The notes below the pieces were generated by a model. It had not been told where the DNA came from. It searched no databases and saw only the letters and a program-made list of their open reading frames with translations. A stretch of DNA of 40,271 bases from Anaerolineales bacterium. GTDB taxonomy: Bacteria; Chloroflexota; Anaerolineae; Anaerolineales; DRMV01. Below, piece after piece: positions 32,376-40,271 of the stretch. Positions within the stretch are counted from its first letter, which is position 1. Every line of letters begins with the position of its first letter. The stretch spans positions 1-40,271 of the forward strand of contig JALSPJ010000117.1 of the NCBI GenBank assembly GCA_026985995.1, read 5' to 3'. The position numbers and the translations under genes are program-made.

Positions 32376-33902
32376 TCACCACCCACTGGCCAGCCAGGCG
32401 GCCACGGTGATGAGCAACAACAGGCCCAGGATGTAGCGCGCCATGGCCGCCATGACTTCGCCTTCGCGGCCGGTCATGCGGGTGGTGCTGGCGCCCACAA
32501 TGACCTTGGCCGGGGCCAGCACGGAACCCACGGCCGCGCCCGCGGTTTGCGCGGCCAGCACCAAAGGCACGGCCAGGCCCAGCAATTCCGCGGTGCGGCG
32601 CTGCAGCAAACCGAAGAGCACATTGGAATTGGTGTTGCTGCCGGTCATGAACGCGCCCAGCGCGCCCAGCCAGGGTGCGACCCACAGGTAAGCCGCGCCG
32701 GCCACCTGGGCCAGCCCCCGGGCCAGGGCTTCGGTCATGCCGGCGTGCTGCATCACCACGGCCAGGGCCATCATGGTGAGGATGCCGCCGGTGGCCTTGC
32801 GGGTACCCCGTACCGTGGCCCGCAGCACCCGGGCCAGAACGCCAGGCCGGTAGCGTCCACGCCAGGCGTAGAAAGCCGCGGCCAGCCACGCGGCGTAGAA
32901 CAGCCGCGCGCCCGTGTGCCGCAGCAGCACGATGCGCCGCCCGGCCTCCGCGGGCACCACAAAGCCGCGCGCGGTTTCCACCTGGGGGAAGGCGGCGGTG
33001 AGCACCACCGGGCTCAGCGCCGCGCGCACCGGGGGCACGAATTGCACCACCAGCACCACCGCGACCAAGAGGCCATAGCCAGCCGCGGCCTCTACCCACG
33101 CGGGGGAAGCCGCGGTGCGTCCGGCCGCGTTGCGCCGCGGGGCCAGGGCCAGCCCCACCAGCCCGCCGGCTAAGCTGCCGCCCAGCGCGGCCACGCTCCA
33201 CAGCCCCGCGGTGGCCAGAGCCCACTGCACCCCGGCCATGGCCAGGGCCATGAGCCCGGCCCGCCAGGCCAACCGCCGCACCGCGGCCCAGCCGCCCGAG
33301 GCATGGGCTACGGCCCAGCCGGTTCCCACCGCGGCCAGGCCCAGCAGCCCCGCGGCCCACGGCGCCACCTGCGCGCCCGGCCAGCCGCTGGCCGCTTCCA
33401 AGGCCCGAAACGCGGTGGCCAGGGAGCCAAAGGACACGGCCCACCCGTGCCCCACCGCGGGAATGACCACCGCGGCCAGAGGCGAGAAGCCCAAACCCAC
33501 CAGCAGGGGCGCGACCACGGCCACGGGCACGCCAAAGCCGCCCATGCTTTGCAAAAACGACGCGAAAGCCCAGCCCAAGAGCAAAGCCTGCATATCCCGG
33601 TCGCCAGTCAGGCGGGCCAGCGCGTGGGCCAAATCGGTGATGGCCCCGGCTTCGTCCACCACCCGGTAGAAGCCATAGGCGGCCCAAATGATGAGCAGCA
33701 CATCCAGGCTCAGCAGCAGCGCCTTGCCGTGGGCCACCCACAGGCCCCGGGCCGAAAGGCCGAACACGCCCACGGCCAGGGCCAAAGTGAGGGCATAGCC
33801 GGCCAGCCCGGCCCTGGCCGCGCTCCAGCGGTAGCGCAGCATGAGCACCCAAATGAGGGCCAACGGCGCAGCAGCGACGACAGGCAGCCAGGGGGCGCTC
33901 AT
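32376..33902 (-). CDS. L-lactate/glycolate permease (LctP family)
   Basis: 508 aa polytopic protein. N-terminal WLPVVAAAPLALIWVLML.. and TGSNTNSNVLFGLLQ motif are characteristic of LctP. ATGA overlap with the CPBP gene. Confidence 0.85.
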   Translation of the reverse strand: MSAPWLPVVAAAPLALIWVLMLRYRWSAARAGLAGYALTLALAVGVFGLSARGLWVAHGKALLLSLDVLLIIWAAYGFYRVVDEAGAITDLAHALARLTGDRDMQALLLGWAFASFLQSMGGFGVPVAVVAPLLVGLGFSPLAAVVIPAVGHGWAVSFGSLATAFRALEAASGWPGAQVAPWAAGLLGLAAVGTGWAVAHASGGWAAVRRLAWRAGLMALAMAGVQWALATAGLWSVAALGGSLAGGLVGLALAPRRNAAGRTAASPAWVEAAAGYGLLVAVVLVVQFVPPVRAALSPVVLTAAFPQVETARGFVVPAEAGRRIVLLRHTGARLFYAAWLAAAFYAWRGRYRPGVLARVLRATVRGTRKATGGILTMMALAVVMQHAGMTEALARGLAQVAGAAYLWVAPWLGALGAFMTGSNTNSNVLFGLLQRRTAELLGLAVPLVLAAQTAGAAVGSVLAPAKVIVGASTTRMTGREGEVMAAMARYILGLLLLITVAAWLASGW

Positions 33903-34813
33903 GCCCGGCCCTCCTCAACCGCGGGGCGCAGGCGTTCACGCAGCAGGAACCAGCCCACGGCCAGGGCCACGGCCAGCACCAGCCCGGCTTCGGGGCCAAA
34001 CGCGCCGCCGGTCCACCAGGCCGGGCCCTGCACCTGAGCCTGCCACCAGGGCGTGAGGTTCAACCCCGAGACCGGAAAGCCCAGCACCACGCCCTCGAAG
34101 AAGTTCCACCCCCAATGCACGCCCACGGGCAGCCCCAGGCCCCAGGGGGTAAAACCCCGCACCGCGGCGAAGAACAGCCCCGCGGCGAACAGCCCCACGA
34201 AGGCCCGCGGGCCAAAGGCCGGGTTGTCGGTGTGCAGTGCGGCGAACACCAGCGCGGAAAGCACCGCCGCGGCCCAGCGGGGCATGCCCTGGGCCAGGGT
34301 GCCATACACATAACCCCGCATAAGGGCTTCTTCGTACCAGCCCACCAGAGCGAAGGTGACCAGCCACAGCAGGGTGAGGGTCGCGGCCTGGGGCCACGGT
34401 GCGCGGCCCCACAGCCCGGGTTGCCAACGCGCGTGGCCGGTGAGGTACAGGGCCACGGCCAGGGCCATCATCATCAAGCCGCCCACGGCAAAACCCAACA
34501 GCGCGTCGCACCACCAGGGGCTGCGCATGTCCAGCCCCCAGTCGGCCCAGGTGGCCGGTTCCCAAAAGCGCCGGGCCACGGCCAGGGTGAGCCCCGTGGC
34601 CAGAGCCGAAATCGCGGCCAAGAGCATGAATCCCAGCAGGCTCATGCGCTGGGCCTGCACCTGGGCCAGCCAATCGACCTTTTGCAACACCGCCAGCACG
34701 GCCAGCAGGGTGCTCAGGGCCAGGGTGATGGCCATCCACGCCAGCGCGGTGAAGGCGACGCGCCAGCCCACACGCCAATGGCCTTGAGGGGTGAAAAACC
34801 AACCGCGCCACAT
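33899..34813 (-). CDS. CPBP-family intramembrane glutamic endopeptidase (CAAX protease-like)
   Basis: WYEEALMRGYVY (EExxxR), FAALH, VHWGWNF motifs. ATG 34813 with GGAGG 7 nt upstream. Confidence 0.8.
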   Translation of the reverse strand: MWRGWFFTPQGHWRVGWRVAFTALAWMAITLALSTLLAVLAVLQKVDWLAQVQAQRMSLLGFMLLAAISALATGLTLAVARRFWEPATWADWGLDMRSPWWCDALLGFAVGGLMMMALAVALYLTGHARWQPGLWGRAPWPQAATLTLLWLVTFALVGWYEEALMRGYVYGTLAQGMPRWAAAVLSALVFAALHTDNPAFGPRAFVGLFAAGLFFAAVRGFTPWGLGLPVGVHWGWNFFEGVVLGFPVSGLNLTPWWQAQVQGPAWWTGGAFGPEAGLVLAVALAVGWFLLRERLRPAVEEGRA

Positions 34814-34903
34814 GGTTCTGCCTCCTGGGGGGCACGCCACCGTGCCCCAACACGGAAGGAAGTATATCACTCGCGGCGTGCCATGGCCCCCGGTCGGTTC
34901 CCC

Positions 34904-34942
34904 AAAACAAAACCGCGCCGCGGTGCAGGCCCACGGCGCGGT
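34904..34942 (-). terminator. Intrinsic terminator after the DUF2089-to-DUF1540 operon
   Basis: Perfect 9-bp stem ACCGCGCCG/CGGCGCGGT with a 13-nt loop, followed on the minus strand by TTTGTTTTGG. Confidence 0.6.
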
Positions 34943-34962
34943 GCCTTTGGGGGAAGGCGCGC

Positions 34963-35178
34963 TCAGAGCTCTTCGTCTTCATCCCACAAGTCGTCGGCCT
35001 CCAGCTCTTCGGCCAGCAGGTCGTCGTCCCATTCCTCGGCGGTGTCGGCCTCCAGGTACTCGCTGGCGGGTTTGTAGGTCAGGCAGCCTTCGTTGGGGTC
35101 AATCTCGACCACCGCCGCGGAGCAGTACCCTTCGTCCAGGAAGATGCAATCCTCGTAAAAACAGCGGATGCGGGGCAT
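34963..35178 (-). CDS. Small Cys-containing acidic protein (DUF1540-like N-terminus)
   Basis: 71 aa. IRCFYEDCIFLDEGYCSAAVVEIDPNEGC (4 Cys) then a D/E-rich tail. GGAGG upstream. Directly follows the VKOR stop. Confidence 0.5.
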   Translation of the reverse strand: MPRIRCFYEDCIFLDEGYCSAAVVEIDPNEGCLTYKPASEYLEADTAEEWDDDLLAEELEADDLWDEDEEL

Positions 35179-35652
35179 TTATCCCCCTCCTGAGGGTGGA
35201 ATGGTCTCGGCCGCTTCCCAGGGTGCCGAGAGCACCCGAATGATAGCCAAAATCCACAGAAAAAGCAAGACCAGGGCCGAGACCACGCAGAAGGGGCAGA
35301 TGGCGTGCAGCACCGCGACTTCGATGTAGGTGAGGTAGGCCGAGTAAAGCACGCCCCACAAAGTGAGGCCAAAGACCGCGTACACCGCGGCCATGCGTTG
35401 CGCCGCGCGCAGGCGGGGTTCCGCCAGCAAAAGGGCGAGGATGAGCACATAGACCCCCGCGCCCAGCAGGGCGATGGGGATGCCGAACAGCTCCGCGTAA
35501 GGGCTGGAATTGACCACATCGCAGTCGCCGATGCCCGCGCACGCGGCCTCCTTGCCGGCCAGTTTGAGCCAGCTGAGGTACGCGGCGTCGAGCAGGCCCA
35601 CGGTGGCCAGGCCCAGCATGAGGCGGCGCCACAAAGCATCTCGAGCAGCCAT
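35179..35652 (-). CDS. Vitamin K epoxide reductase (VKOR) family membrane protein
   Basis: GLLDAAYLSWLKL, CAGIGDCDVVNSSPYA..GIPIALLG, and CPFCVVSA (CxxC in the last helix). ATG 35652 preceded by AAGGAGGG. Confidence 0.8.
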   Translation of the reverse strand: MAARDALWRRLMLGLATVGLLDAAYLSWLKLAGKEAACAGIGDCDVVNSSPYAELFGIPIALLGAGVYVLILALLLAEPRLRAAQRMAAVYAVFGLTLWGVLYSAYLTYIEVAVLHAICPFCVVSALVLLFLWILAIIRVLSAPWEAAETIPPSGGG

Positions 35653-35698
35653 GCTCCCTCCTTGGGGGAACCGGCGGCCCGAGGCCGAGCCGCCGGGG

Positions 35699-36082
35699 TC
35701 ATTCGAGAACGATTTCAACCCGTTCGCCGGCTTCGAGGTCTTCGACTTCCACGATGGGGCCCACCTGGTCGGCGGTCAACGCGGCTTCCAGCGCTTGGCT
35801 CAGGTCTTCCATTTCCTGGCCCGTCAGACCGGCGTAGCGTTGAACCCATGCCAACCCCCATTTTACCAATTTGAGGGGCACTTTGATATTGACTTTGGCC
35901 TTGCCGTTGGCCTCGTGCACCCGAATGCGAAGCCAACGCGCCCGGTGGCCCGTCGCCGGCGGCACCTCAACATCGACGGGCGGGGTGTCTTGCAGCGCGG
36001 CCAGCAGCTGAGCCGCCTCTTCGGCGGTGAGTTTGCCTTCTTCGACCATTTTGAGAATGCGCAAGCGTTCATCGATGGACAT
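35699..36082 (-). CDS. SHOCT-like/DUF2089-associated small protein
   Basis: MSIDERLRILKMVEEGKLTAEEAAQLLAAL is a SHOCT-type helix pair commonly found next to DUF2089 operons. 127 aa. GGAGG upstream. Confidence 0.55.
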   Translation of the reverse strand: MSIDERLRILKMVEEGKLTAEEAAQLLAALQDTPPVDVEVPPATGHRARWLRIRVHEANGKAKVNIKVPLKLVKWGLAWVQRYAGLTGQEMEDLSQALEAALTADQVGPIVEVEDLEAGERVEIVLE

Positions 36083-36141
36083 GGGAAGCCTCCGGAAGGG
36101 GGGAAGTTAGAGGGTAGAGGTTGGTGGTTGGTGGTTGGCGG

Positions 36142-37122
36142 TTAGAGGGTGGAAGTTGGCGGGTAGCGGGCGGTGGGTGGCGGGTGGCCGAGCAGGCGCA
36201 GGTAGGCTTCTTCCAAATCGGGCATGTCGGGCGTCAGGCTGCGCACTTCCGCGCCCAAAGCTTCCAAATCCGCGAACAGGCGATAGAGCGCGGCGGCCTG
36301 GGGCAGCATGACGCGCACCCGCACTTCGCCGTTGGTTTGGCCTTCCAGGCGCGCCTGCCAGCGGGCAGCCAAGGGCGCCAGGTCTGTGCCGGGCGGCAGG
36401 CGCAGGGTGAGCACATAAGCCTGGGCCGCGAACAGCTGCCGCAGGCCGTCGGGGGTGTCTTCCACCACCACCCGGCCGTTTTGGATGACGATGACCCGGT
36501 GGGCCAGGGCCTGCACCACTTCCATCTGGTGGGAAGTGAGCAGAATGGTCTTGCCCTCGTCCTGGGCCAGGCGGCGGATGAGGGCCACCAGGTCCCGCTT
36601 GGCCTCCACATCCAGGCCCAAAGTAGGTTCGTCCAGGGCCAGCAAGGGCGTTTCGCGCACCAGGGCCGCGGCCAGGGCCACTTTTTGCTGCTGCCCCCGG
36701 GAAAGGTGCCGGGTCTCGCGGTTCAGCCCTTCCAGGCCGAAAAAGTGCAGCCAGCGTTCCACGGCCCTGCGAGCCAGCCGGGAAGGCACGCCGGCGTATA
36801 TGGCGAAAGTTTCCAGGTTCTGGCGGGGCGTGAGACGCCAGAAGATGTTGCGGTTGCCTTCCAACACCGCGGCCACATGGCGATAGAGAAAGCGCTGGTC
36901 GTTGTGATCCCGGCCATACACCCGCACCTGCCCCGCGGTGGGCTTCACCAGATTGAGGATGCACTTGAGGGTGGTAGTTTTGCCCGCGCCATTGGGGCCC
37001 AGCAGGGCCACAATCTCGCCCTCGGCCACCCGAAAGCTCACCCCGCGCACGGCTTCCACCGGCGGGCGGTGCGGATACACCTTGCGCAGGTCGCGTACTT
37101 CCAGGGCCCAAGATTCCGCCAT
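36142..37122 (-). CDS. ABC transporter ATP-binding protein (ABC-2/DrrA-like exporter subunit)
   Basis: GPNGAGKTTT Walker A, LSRGQQQKVALA, LLALDEPTLGLD, SHQM. GGGAGG upstream of ATG 37122. Confidence 0.9.
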   Translation of the reverse strand: MAESWALEVRDLRKVYPHRPPVEAVRGVSFRVAEGEIVALLGPNGAGKTTTLKCILNLVKPTAGQVRVYGRDHNDQRFLYRHVAAVLEGNRNIFWRLTPRQNLETFAIYAGVPSRLARRAVERWLHFFGLEGLNRETRHLSRGQQQKVALAAALVRETPLLALDEPTLGLDVEAKRDLVALIRRLAQDEGKTILLTSHQMEVVQALAHRVIVIQNGRVVVEDTPDGLRQLFAAQAYVLTLRLPPGTDLAPLAARWQARLEGQTNGEVRVRVMLPQAAALYRLFADLEALGAEVRSLTPDMPDLEEAYLRLLGHPPPTARYPPTSTL

Positions 37123-37140
37123 TGCCAGCCTCCCCGCGGT

Positions 37141-37908
37141 TCAGTAGTGCGCCAACAGGCCCCGCTCTCGGGCTGCATTCTCCAGGCGACCATAAAGCGT
37201 CAGCCCCAGGGCGAAGTAGACCAGCGTTTGCCCGACCAGCACGGCCCACGCCGGCCAGGGGAATTGCCAGGCCAAAGTGCCGTGGCGCACATGGGTAATC
37301 AACATGCGGACGCCCTGGGCAAAGGGCAGCACATTCAGCCAGGGATAGCGGTCCACGGGCAGGGTCAACAGCCCGGCCATGACGAACTGCAGCACATTGA
37401 ACAGCTGGGCGATGTTCTTGTAGCGCATGGCCAACCCGGCCAGCAGGTAGCCCAGACCATAACCCGGCAGCAGGGTGGCCACATACAGCAGAAAAGTGGT
37501 CACGGGCTCCAGGCGCAACCAGCGGCCGGTAATGAGCATGAAAAACAACAACAGCCCCAGATTGGACAGAAAGTAAATGACGAAGCTGGCCGCGGCTTCC
37601 ACGGCCAAAATGCCCCGCAGCCGCCAGGGGGTCATGTAGAGCTGCTCCAGCAGGCCCTGCTGCGCGTACTGCATCACATTCCACGAGAAATTGCTCAGGC
37701 TCATGATGATGCCCACCCACAGCCAATAGCCCACCATGAGGCCTTCCTGGGTCTGGCTCACTTTGGGGCCGCCGCCCACATAGCCCAGGCCGAAATACAG
37801 AAAGACGAAGACGAGAATCAGGGTGACGAACTGCATGAAGAAATTGAGGCCATAGCTGCGCATGATGGCCCATTCTTTCTTCAGCGCGGTCCAAAACAGC
37901 GCCCACAT
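37141..37908 (-). CDS. ABC-2 type transporter permease
   Basis: Six-TM pattern. Start moved from the listed GTG 37923 to ATG 37908 because GGAGG sits 6 nt upstream of it. Confidence 0.75.
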   Translation of the reverse strand: MWALFWTALKKEWAIMRSYGLNFFMQFVTLILVFVFLYFGLGYVGGGPKVSQTQEGLMVGYWLWVGIIMSLSNFSWNVMQYAQQGLLEQLYMTPWRLRGILAVEAAASFVIYFLSNLGLLLFFMLITGRWLRLEPVTTFLLYVATLLPGYGLGYLLAGLAMRYKNIAQLFNVLQFVMAGLLTLPVDRYPWLNVLPFAQGVRMLITHVRHGTLAWQFPWPAWAVLVGQTLVYFALGLTLYGRLENAARERGLLAHY

Positions 37909-37929
37909 AAGGAACCTCCACACAGGGCG

Positions 37930-38349
37930 TCAGCTCGGGGGAGCGTCGTTGGGGGGCAGACCCCGCAGCCGGCGGGCGGCCTCGTCGGGCGTGATGCGCC
38001 CGGCCTCCAGCTCGTCCAGAATGCGCTGCCGCTCGGCCGACGATGGGGTTTTGGGTGGAACCGGCCCGGCGGCGGGCGCGGCTCCCATGGTCTGCAGAAT
38101 TTCGCGCAGGCGGTTGCGCAGGGTGGGGTACGAGAGCCCCAATTCTCTTTCCAGGCGTGAGAACTTGCCTTCGGCCCGCAGGAAGGCCTCGACGAAACGC
38201 AGCTGGGCTTCGGAAAGGCGCGCCAGAGGCGACGCCAGCACCGCAGAGAAGCGGCCTTCGATGGTGATATCGCACGCGTCGCAATGTAAACGGGTGACCG
38301 TGAGTGGGCCCTGGCAGAAGGGGCAACGGGCGGGAAGGGGCTGCGCCAT
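37930..38349 (-). CDS. DUF2089 family protein (zinc-ribbon plus HTH-like)
   Basis: CPFCQGPLTVTRLHCDACDITIEGRF.., LSEAQLRFVEAFLRAEGKFSRLERELGLSYPTLRNRL is the DUF2089 signature. AAGGAGG upstream. Confidence 0.8.
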   Translation of the reverse strand: MAQPLPARCPFCQGPLTVTRLHCDACDITIEGRFSAVLASPLARLSEAQLRFVEAFLRAEGKFSRLERELGLSYPTLRNRLREILQTMGAAPAAGPVPPKTPSSAERQRILDELEAGRITPDEAARRLRGLPPNDAPPS

Positions 38350-38377
38350 AAAAACCTCCTTTGAACTTTCGCTGGGT

Positions 38378-38406
38378 ATTGTACAGTATATTCAAGAAAA
38401 AGTCAA
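38378..38406 (-). promoter_or_regulatory. Sigma70 promoter for the DUF2089 operon (TTGACT-17-TACAAT)
   Basis: Near-consensus hexamers on the minus strand in the AT-rich spacer, about 28 nt upstream of the ATG. Confidence 0.55.
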
Positions 38407-38567
38407 GTGCTCTTTAGAAATTTCAAATCTCTACTTCAAGAAACAGAAGTGCGCCGTACAGTCCGCGCGGCAGCCTTTGAAGGCAGCAGGGGCCGGTTGC
38501 CCCCAACGGCGCATTTATAAGATTTTCGTAAGAAATTTGTACCCCGGCCCTGTTTGAGCCATCCCTA

Positions 38568-38576
38568 TGCTATAAT
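38568..38576 (+). promoter_or_regulatory. Extended -10 promoter (TGCTATAAT) for the thioredoxin-TPR gene
   Basis: Consensus TATAAT with upstream TG. It predicts a leader of about 93 nt. Confidence 0.45.
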
Positions 38577-38675
38577 GAAAACGCCCCAACCGGGGCCCTT
38601 CCCCGTGCATTGCAACACCATCGCGCCATCGGGCCCGCCCTGGGGGGCAGGCTCGTGGTGTTTTTGGAGGTTGGT

Positions 38676-39509
38676 ATGCCGCAAGCGGATATCGTCACGG
38701 TAAGTGAAGCCGATTTCGACCAGGAAGTGCTGCAATACTCCCGGCAACGGCCGGTGGTGGTGGATTTTTGGGCCCCCTGGTGTGGCCCCTGCCGGGTCAT
38801 CGGGCCCATCTTGGAACGCCTGGCCCTGGAGGCCCAGGGCGCGTTCCGCCTGGCCAAGGTGAATGTGGACGAAAACCCCACCCTGGCCATGCGCTACGGC
38901 GTGCGCGGCATCCCCACGGTCAAGGGGTTCGTCAACGGCCAGGTGGTGGGGGAATTCGTGGGCGCGCTGCCCGAGGCCCAAATTCGGGCCTTCGTGCGCA
39001 AACTGGCCCCTTCGCCGACGGACCTGGCTTTGGAGAAAGGTGATAGTTTGTTGGGTATGCACGACTGGCAAGGAGCGGAAGCCGTGTATCGGGAAGTGCT
39101 GCAACAACGGCCGGAACTGGCCCATGCCCGCCTGGGCCTGGCCAAGGCCCTCATCATGCAAGGCCGGGCTCGCGAAGCCCTGCCCTTGCTGCGCGATTTC
39201 CCCGCCAGCAAGGAGTACCAGGCCGCGCAAATGCTGCTGCCTTTGGCCGAAGCCCTGGTGTGGGCCGAAACCCACCCCGCGGGCGAAAGCGATGACCCCT
39301 TAGAGGCCATGTACCGCCGCGCGCTGGACCTGCTGCGTCGCGGCAATGTGGAAGCCGCCATGGACGGCCTGCTGGAAATCATTCGCCGCGACAAGCACTA
39401 TCGCGACGACATGCCGCGCAAGATTTTGCTGGGCATCTTCGAGGTTTTGGGCCAGCAGCACCCCCTCACCAAACAATACCGTCGGGAGCTCAGCATGGCC
39501 CTGTTTTGA
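38676..39509 (+). CDS. Thioredoxin-domain protein with TPR-like C-terminal domain (YbbN/CnoX-like)
   Basis: VVVDFWAPWCGPCRVIGPILE (WCGPC), GIPTVKGF, then a helical TPR-like half and C-terminal DKHYRDD..RKILLGIFEVLG. ATG 38676 preceded by GGAGG. The listed 38610 start is a non-ATG upstream extension. Confidence 0.85.
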   Translation: MPQADIVTVSEADFDQEVLQYSRQRPVVVDFWAPWCGPCRVIGPILERLALEAQGAFRLAKVNVDENPTLAMRYGVRGIPTVKGFVNGQVVGEFVGALPEAQIRAFVRKLAPSPTDLALEKGDSLLGMHDWQGAEAVYREVLQQRPELAHARLGLAKALIMQGRAREALPLLRDFPASKEYQAAQMLLPLAEALVWAETHPAGESDDPLEAMYRRALDLLRRGNVEAAMDGLLEIIRRDKHYRDDMPRKILLGIFEVLGQQHPLTKQYRRELSMALF

Positions 39510-39663
39510 GCGTGAACACGCGCGCTTCCAAATGCAGCGACGAGGCATCGACGAAAACGAAGCCTTTCAGGTCCTCAACGCGCCGGAACAGATTCATTTT
39601 GTTGGCCAAGGCCGGGCCATCTATCCATCCCGCACAAAGCATCGGGGGCGTCTCTATTTGCTA
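39505..39663 (+). pseudogene. Remnant of a DUF4258-family toxin gene (both ends missing)
   Basis: FEREHARFQMQRRGIDENEAFQVLNAPEQIHFVGQGRAIYPSRTKHRGRLYLL resembles the ..HA..RM..RGI....V..VL..P..I....GR..Y.S.....G.LYLL core of DUF4258. There is no start codon before the HA motif, and similarity is lost just before the hairpin element. Confidence 0.35.
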
Positions 39664-39690
39664 CCAGGGCTTTTTCAAATACTGATAAAG

Positions 39691-39763
39691 TCACACAGAG
39701 GCACGGGGAACACAGAGAAACGGGCGAAATTATCCTCTCTGTGTTCTCTGTGTCTCCGTGTGA
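39691..39763 (+). repeat. Long imperfect inverted repeat (28-nt arms, 17-nt loop)
   Basis: tcacacagaggcacggggaacacagaga / tctctgtgttctctgtgtctccgtgtga: 24/28 Watson-Crick pairs. Three of the four exceptions are G-U wobbles only if read as plus-strand RNA. Confidence 0.7.
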
Positions 39764-39910
39764 AATGTCAATCGGCGTTGTAGAAATCCCGGATGCTTCA
39801 CGCCGGGCGCGGCCACCTTACGGCATCGAATACCAGGTTCGCCAAGCCGAAAGCCTGGCGTAACCTCGCGCAGCAGAGGGCCATGCGCCATCACCGCCCC
39901 CGGGTACCGC

Positions 39911-40271
39911 CTATTCCTCCACACGAAGCACCGGCACCTGCCAGCCAAACAGCACCTGCAACGCGGCCCGGGCCTGGGGCCAATCGATATCCTGGTGGTT
40001 GCTCAACTCAATGTCCACCGAGGGGATGCCTAACACCCAGGCGGTCCAATCCACCAGCTGGCCCGTCAAGGCGCAGCCGTAATCTGACGGGGGGTAGCGA
40101 TAGCCCGTCGCCTGCGCCAGGGCCTGCGCCAGTTCCACCGAGGGCGGGTGCGGCTCGGGCCACCCACCCGGAAAGATGCCCAACGCCGCGCTGTGATAAC
40201 TCACCAAAGCCTCGGGGTGCACATCGGGCCGCAGCAGAAAATCCCGCAGGGCTCGGGTTTCGGGTTCCGAA
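39911..40271 (-). CDS. M14-family zinc carboxypeptidase, C-terminal portion (5' end outside window)
   Basis: The frame stays open to the window edge (SEPETRALRDFLLRPDVHPEALVSYHSAA..GQLVDW..PSVDIELSNH). The listed start is an internal GTG. Confidence 0.7.
   Translation of the reverse strand, partial: SEPETRALRDFLLRPDVHPEALVSYHSAALGIFPGGWPEPHPPSVELAQALAQATGYRYPPSDYGCALTGQLVDWTAWVLGIPSVDIELSNHQDIDWPQARAALQVLFGWQVPVLRVEE

Noticed and set aside
36107-38395. 762-aa minus-strand and 679-aa plus-strand ORFs over the ABC operon
   Set aside because: These are alternative or antisense frames of the ABC ATPase, permease and DUF2089 genes, with no motifs and R/P/G-rich sequence.

Overview
High-G+C bacterial chromosomal segment (about 65-70% G+C by eye). 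It has strong GGAGG Shine-Dalgarno sites, frequent start/stop overlaps, and rare AT-rich spacers carrying extended -10 promoters (TGnTAnAAT). I call about 40 protein genes and found no rRNA, tRNA, CRISPR array, IS element or integrase. Most genes are ordinary: a partial BMP-type ABC ATPase, mgsA, a GT2 glycosyltransferase plus sulfotransferase, a BMP lipoprotein, an exonuclease-DinG helicase, an M20 peptidase, an NhaP-type antiporter, a GH-like protein, yggT plus DUF167, an epimerase, a HAD-like protein, a dedicated ECF transporter, DUF488, an SDR, dnaN, a lactate permease, a CPBP protease, a DUF2089/ABC-2/VKOR operon, a thioredoxin-TPR protein and a partial M14 peptidase. The main finding is a lower-G+C cassette at 20.2-29.0 kb of four translationally coupled genes. 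These are a two-TM sensor-like protein with a Lys-to-Arg Walker A, a minimal NACHT-like NTPase, a 1316-aa STAND/AAA_16-TPR protein with no recognisable effector, and a radical SAM/SPASM enzyme with a long Cys-motif plus RRE-like N-terminal extension. I know of no described system with this composition. Secondary observations: a DarA/PstA-like (c-di-AMP receptor type) domain fused to the antiporter; a dispersed GGGGGAACC motif enriched in spacers and absent from the island; paired 50-nt hairpin repeats; two leaderless genes; divergent promoters sharing one -10 box; a structured ECF leader; a small toxin-antitoxin islet; and a decayed DUF4258 toxin next to a long hairpin element. All functional calls come from motif recognition by eye, not database searches.
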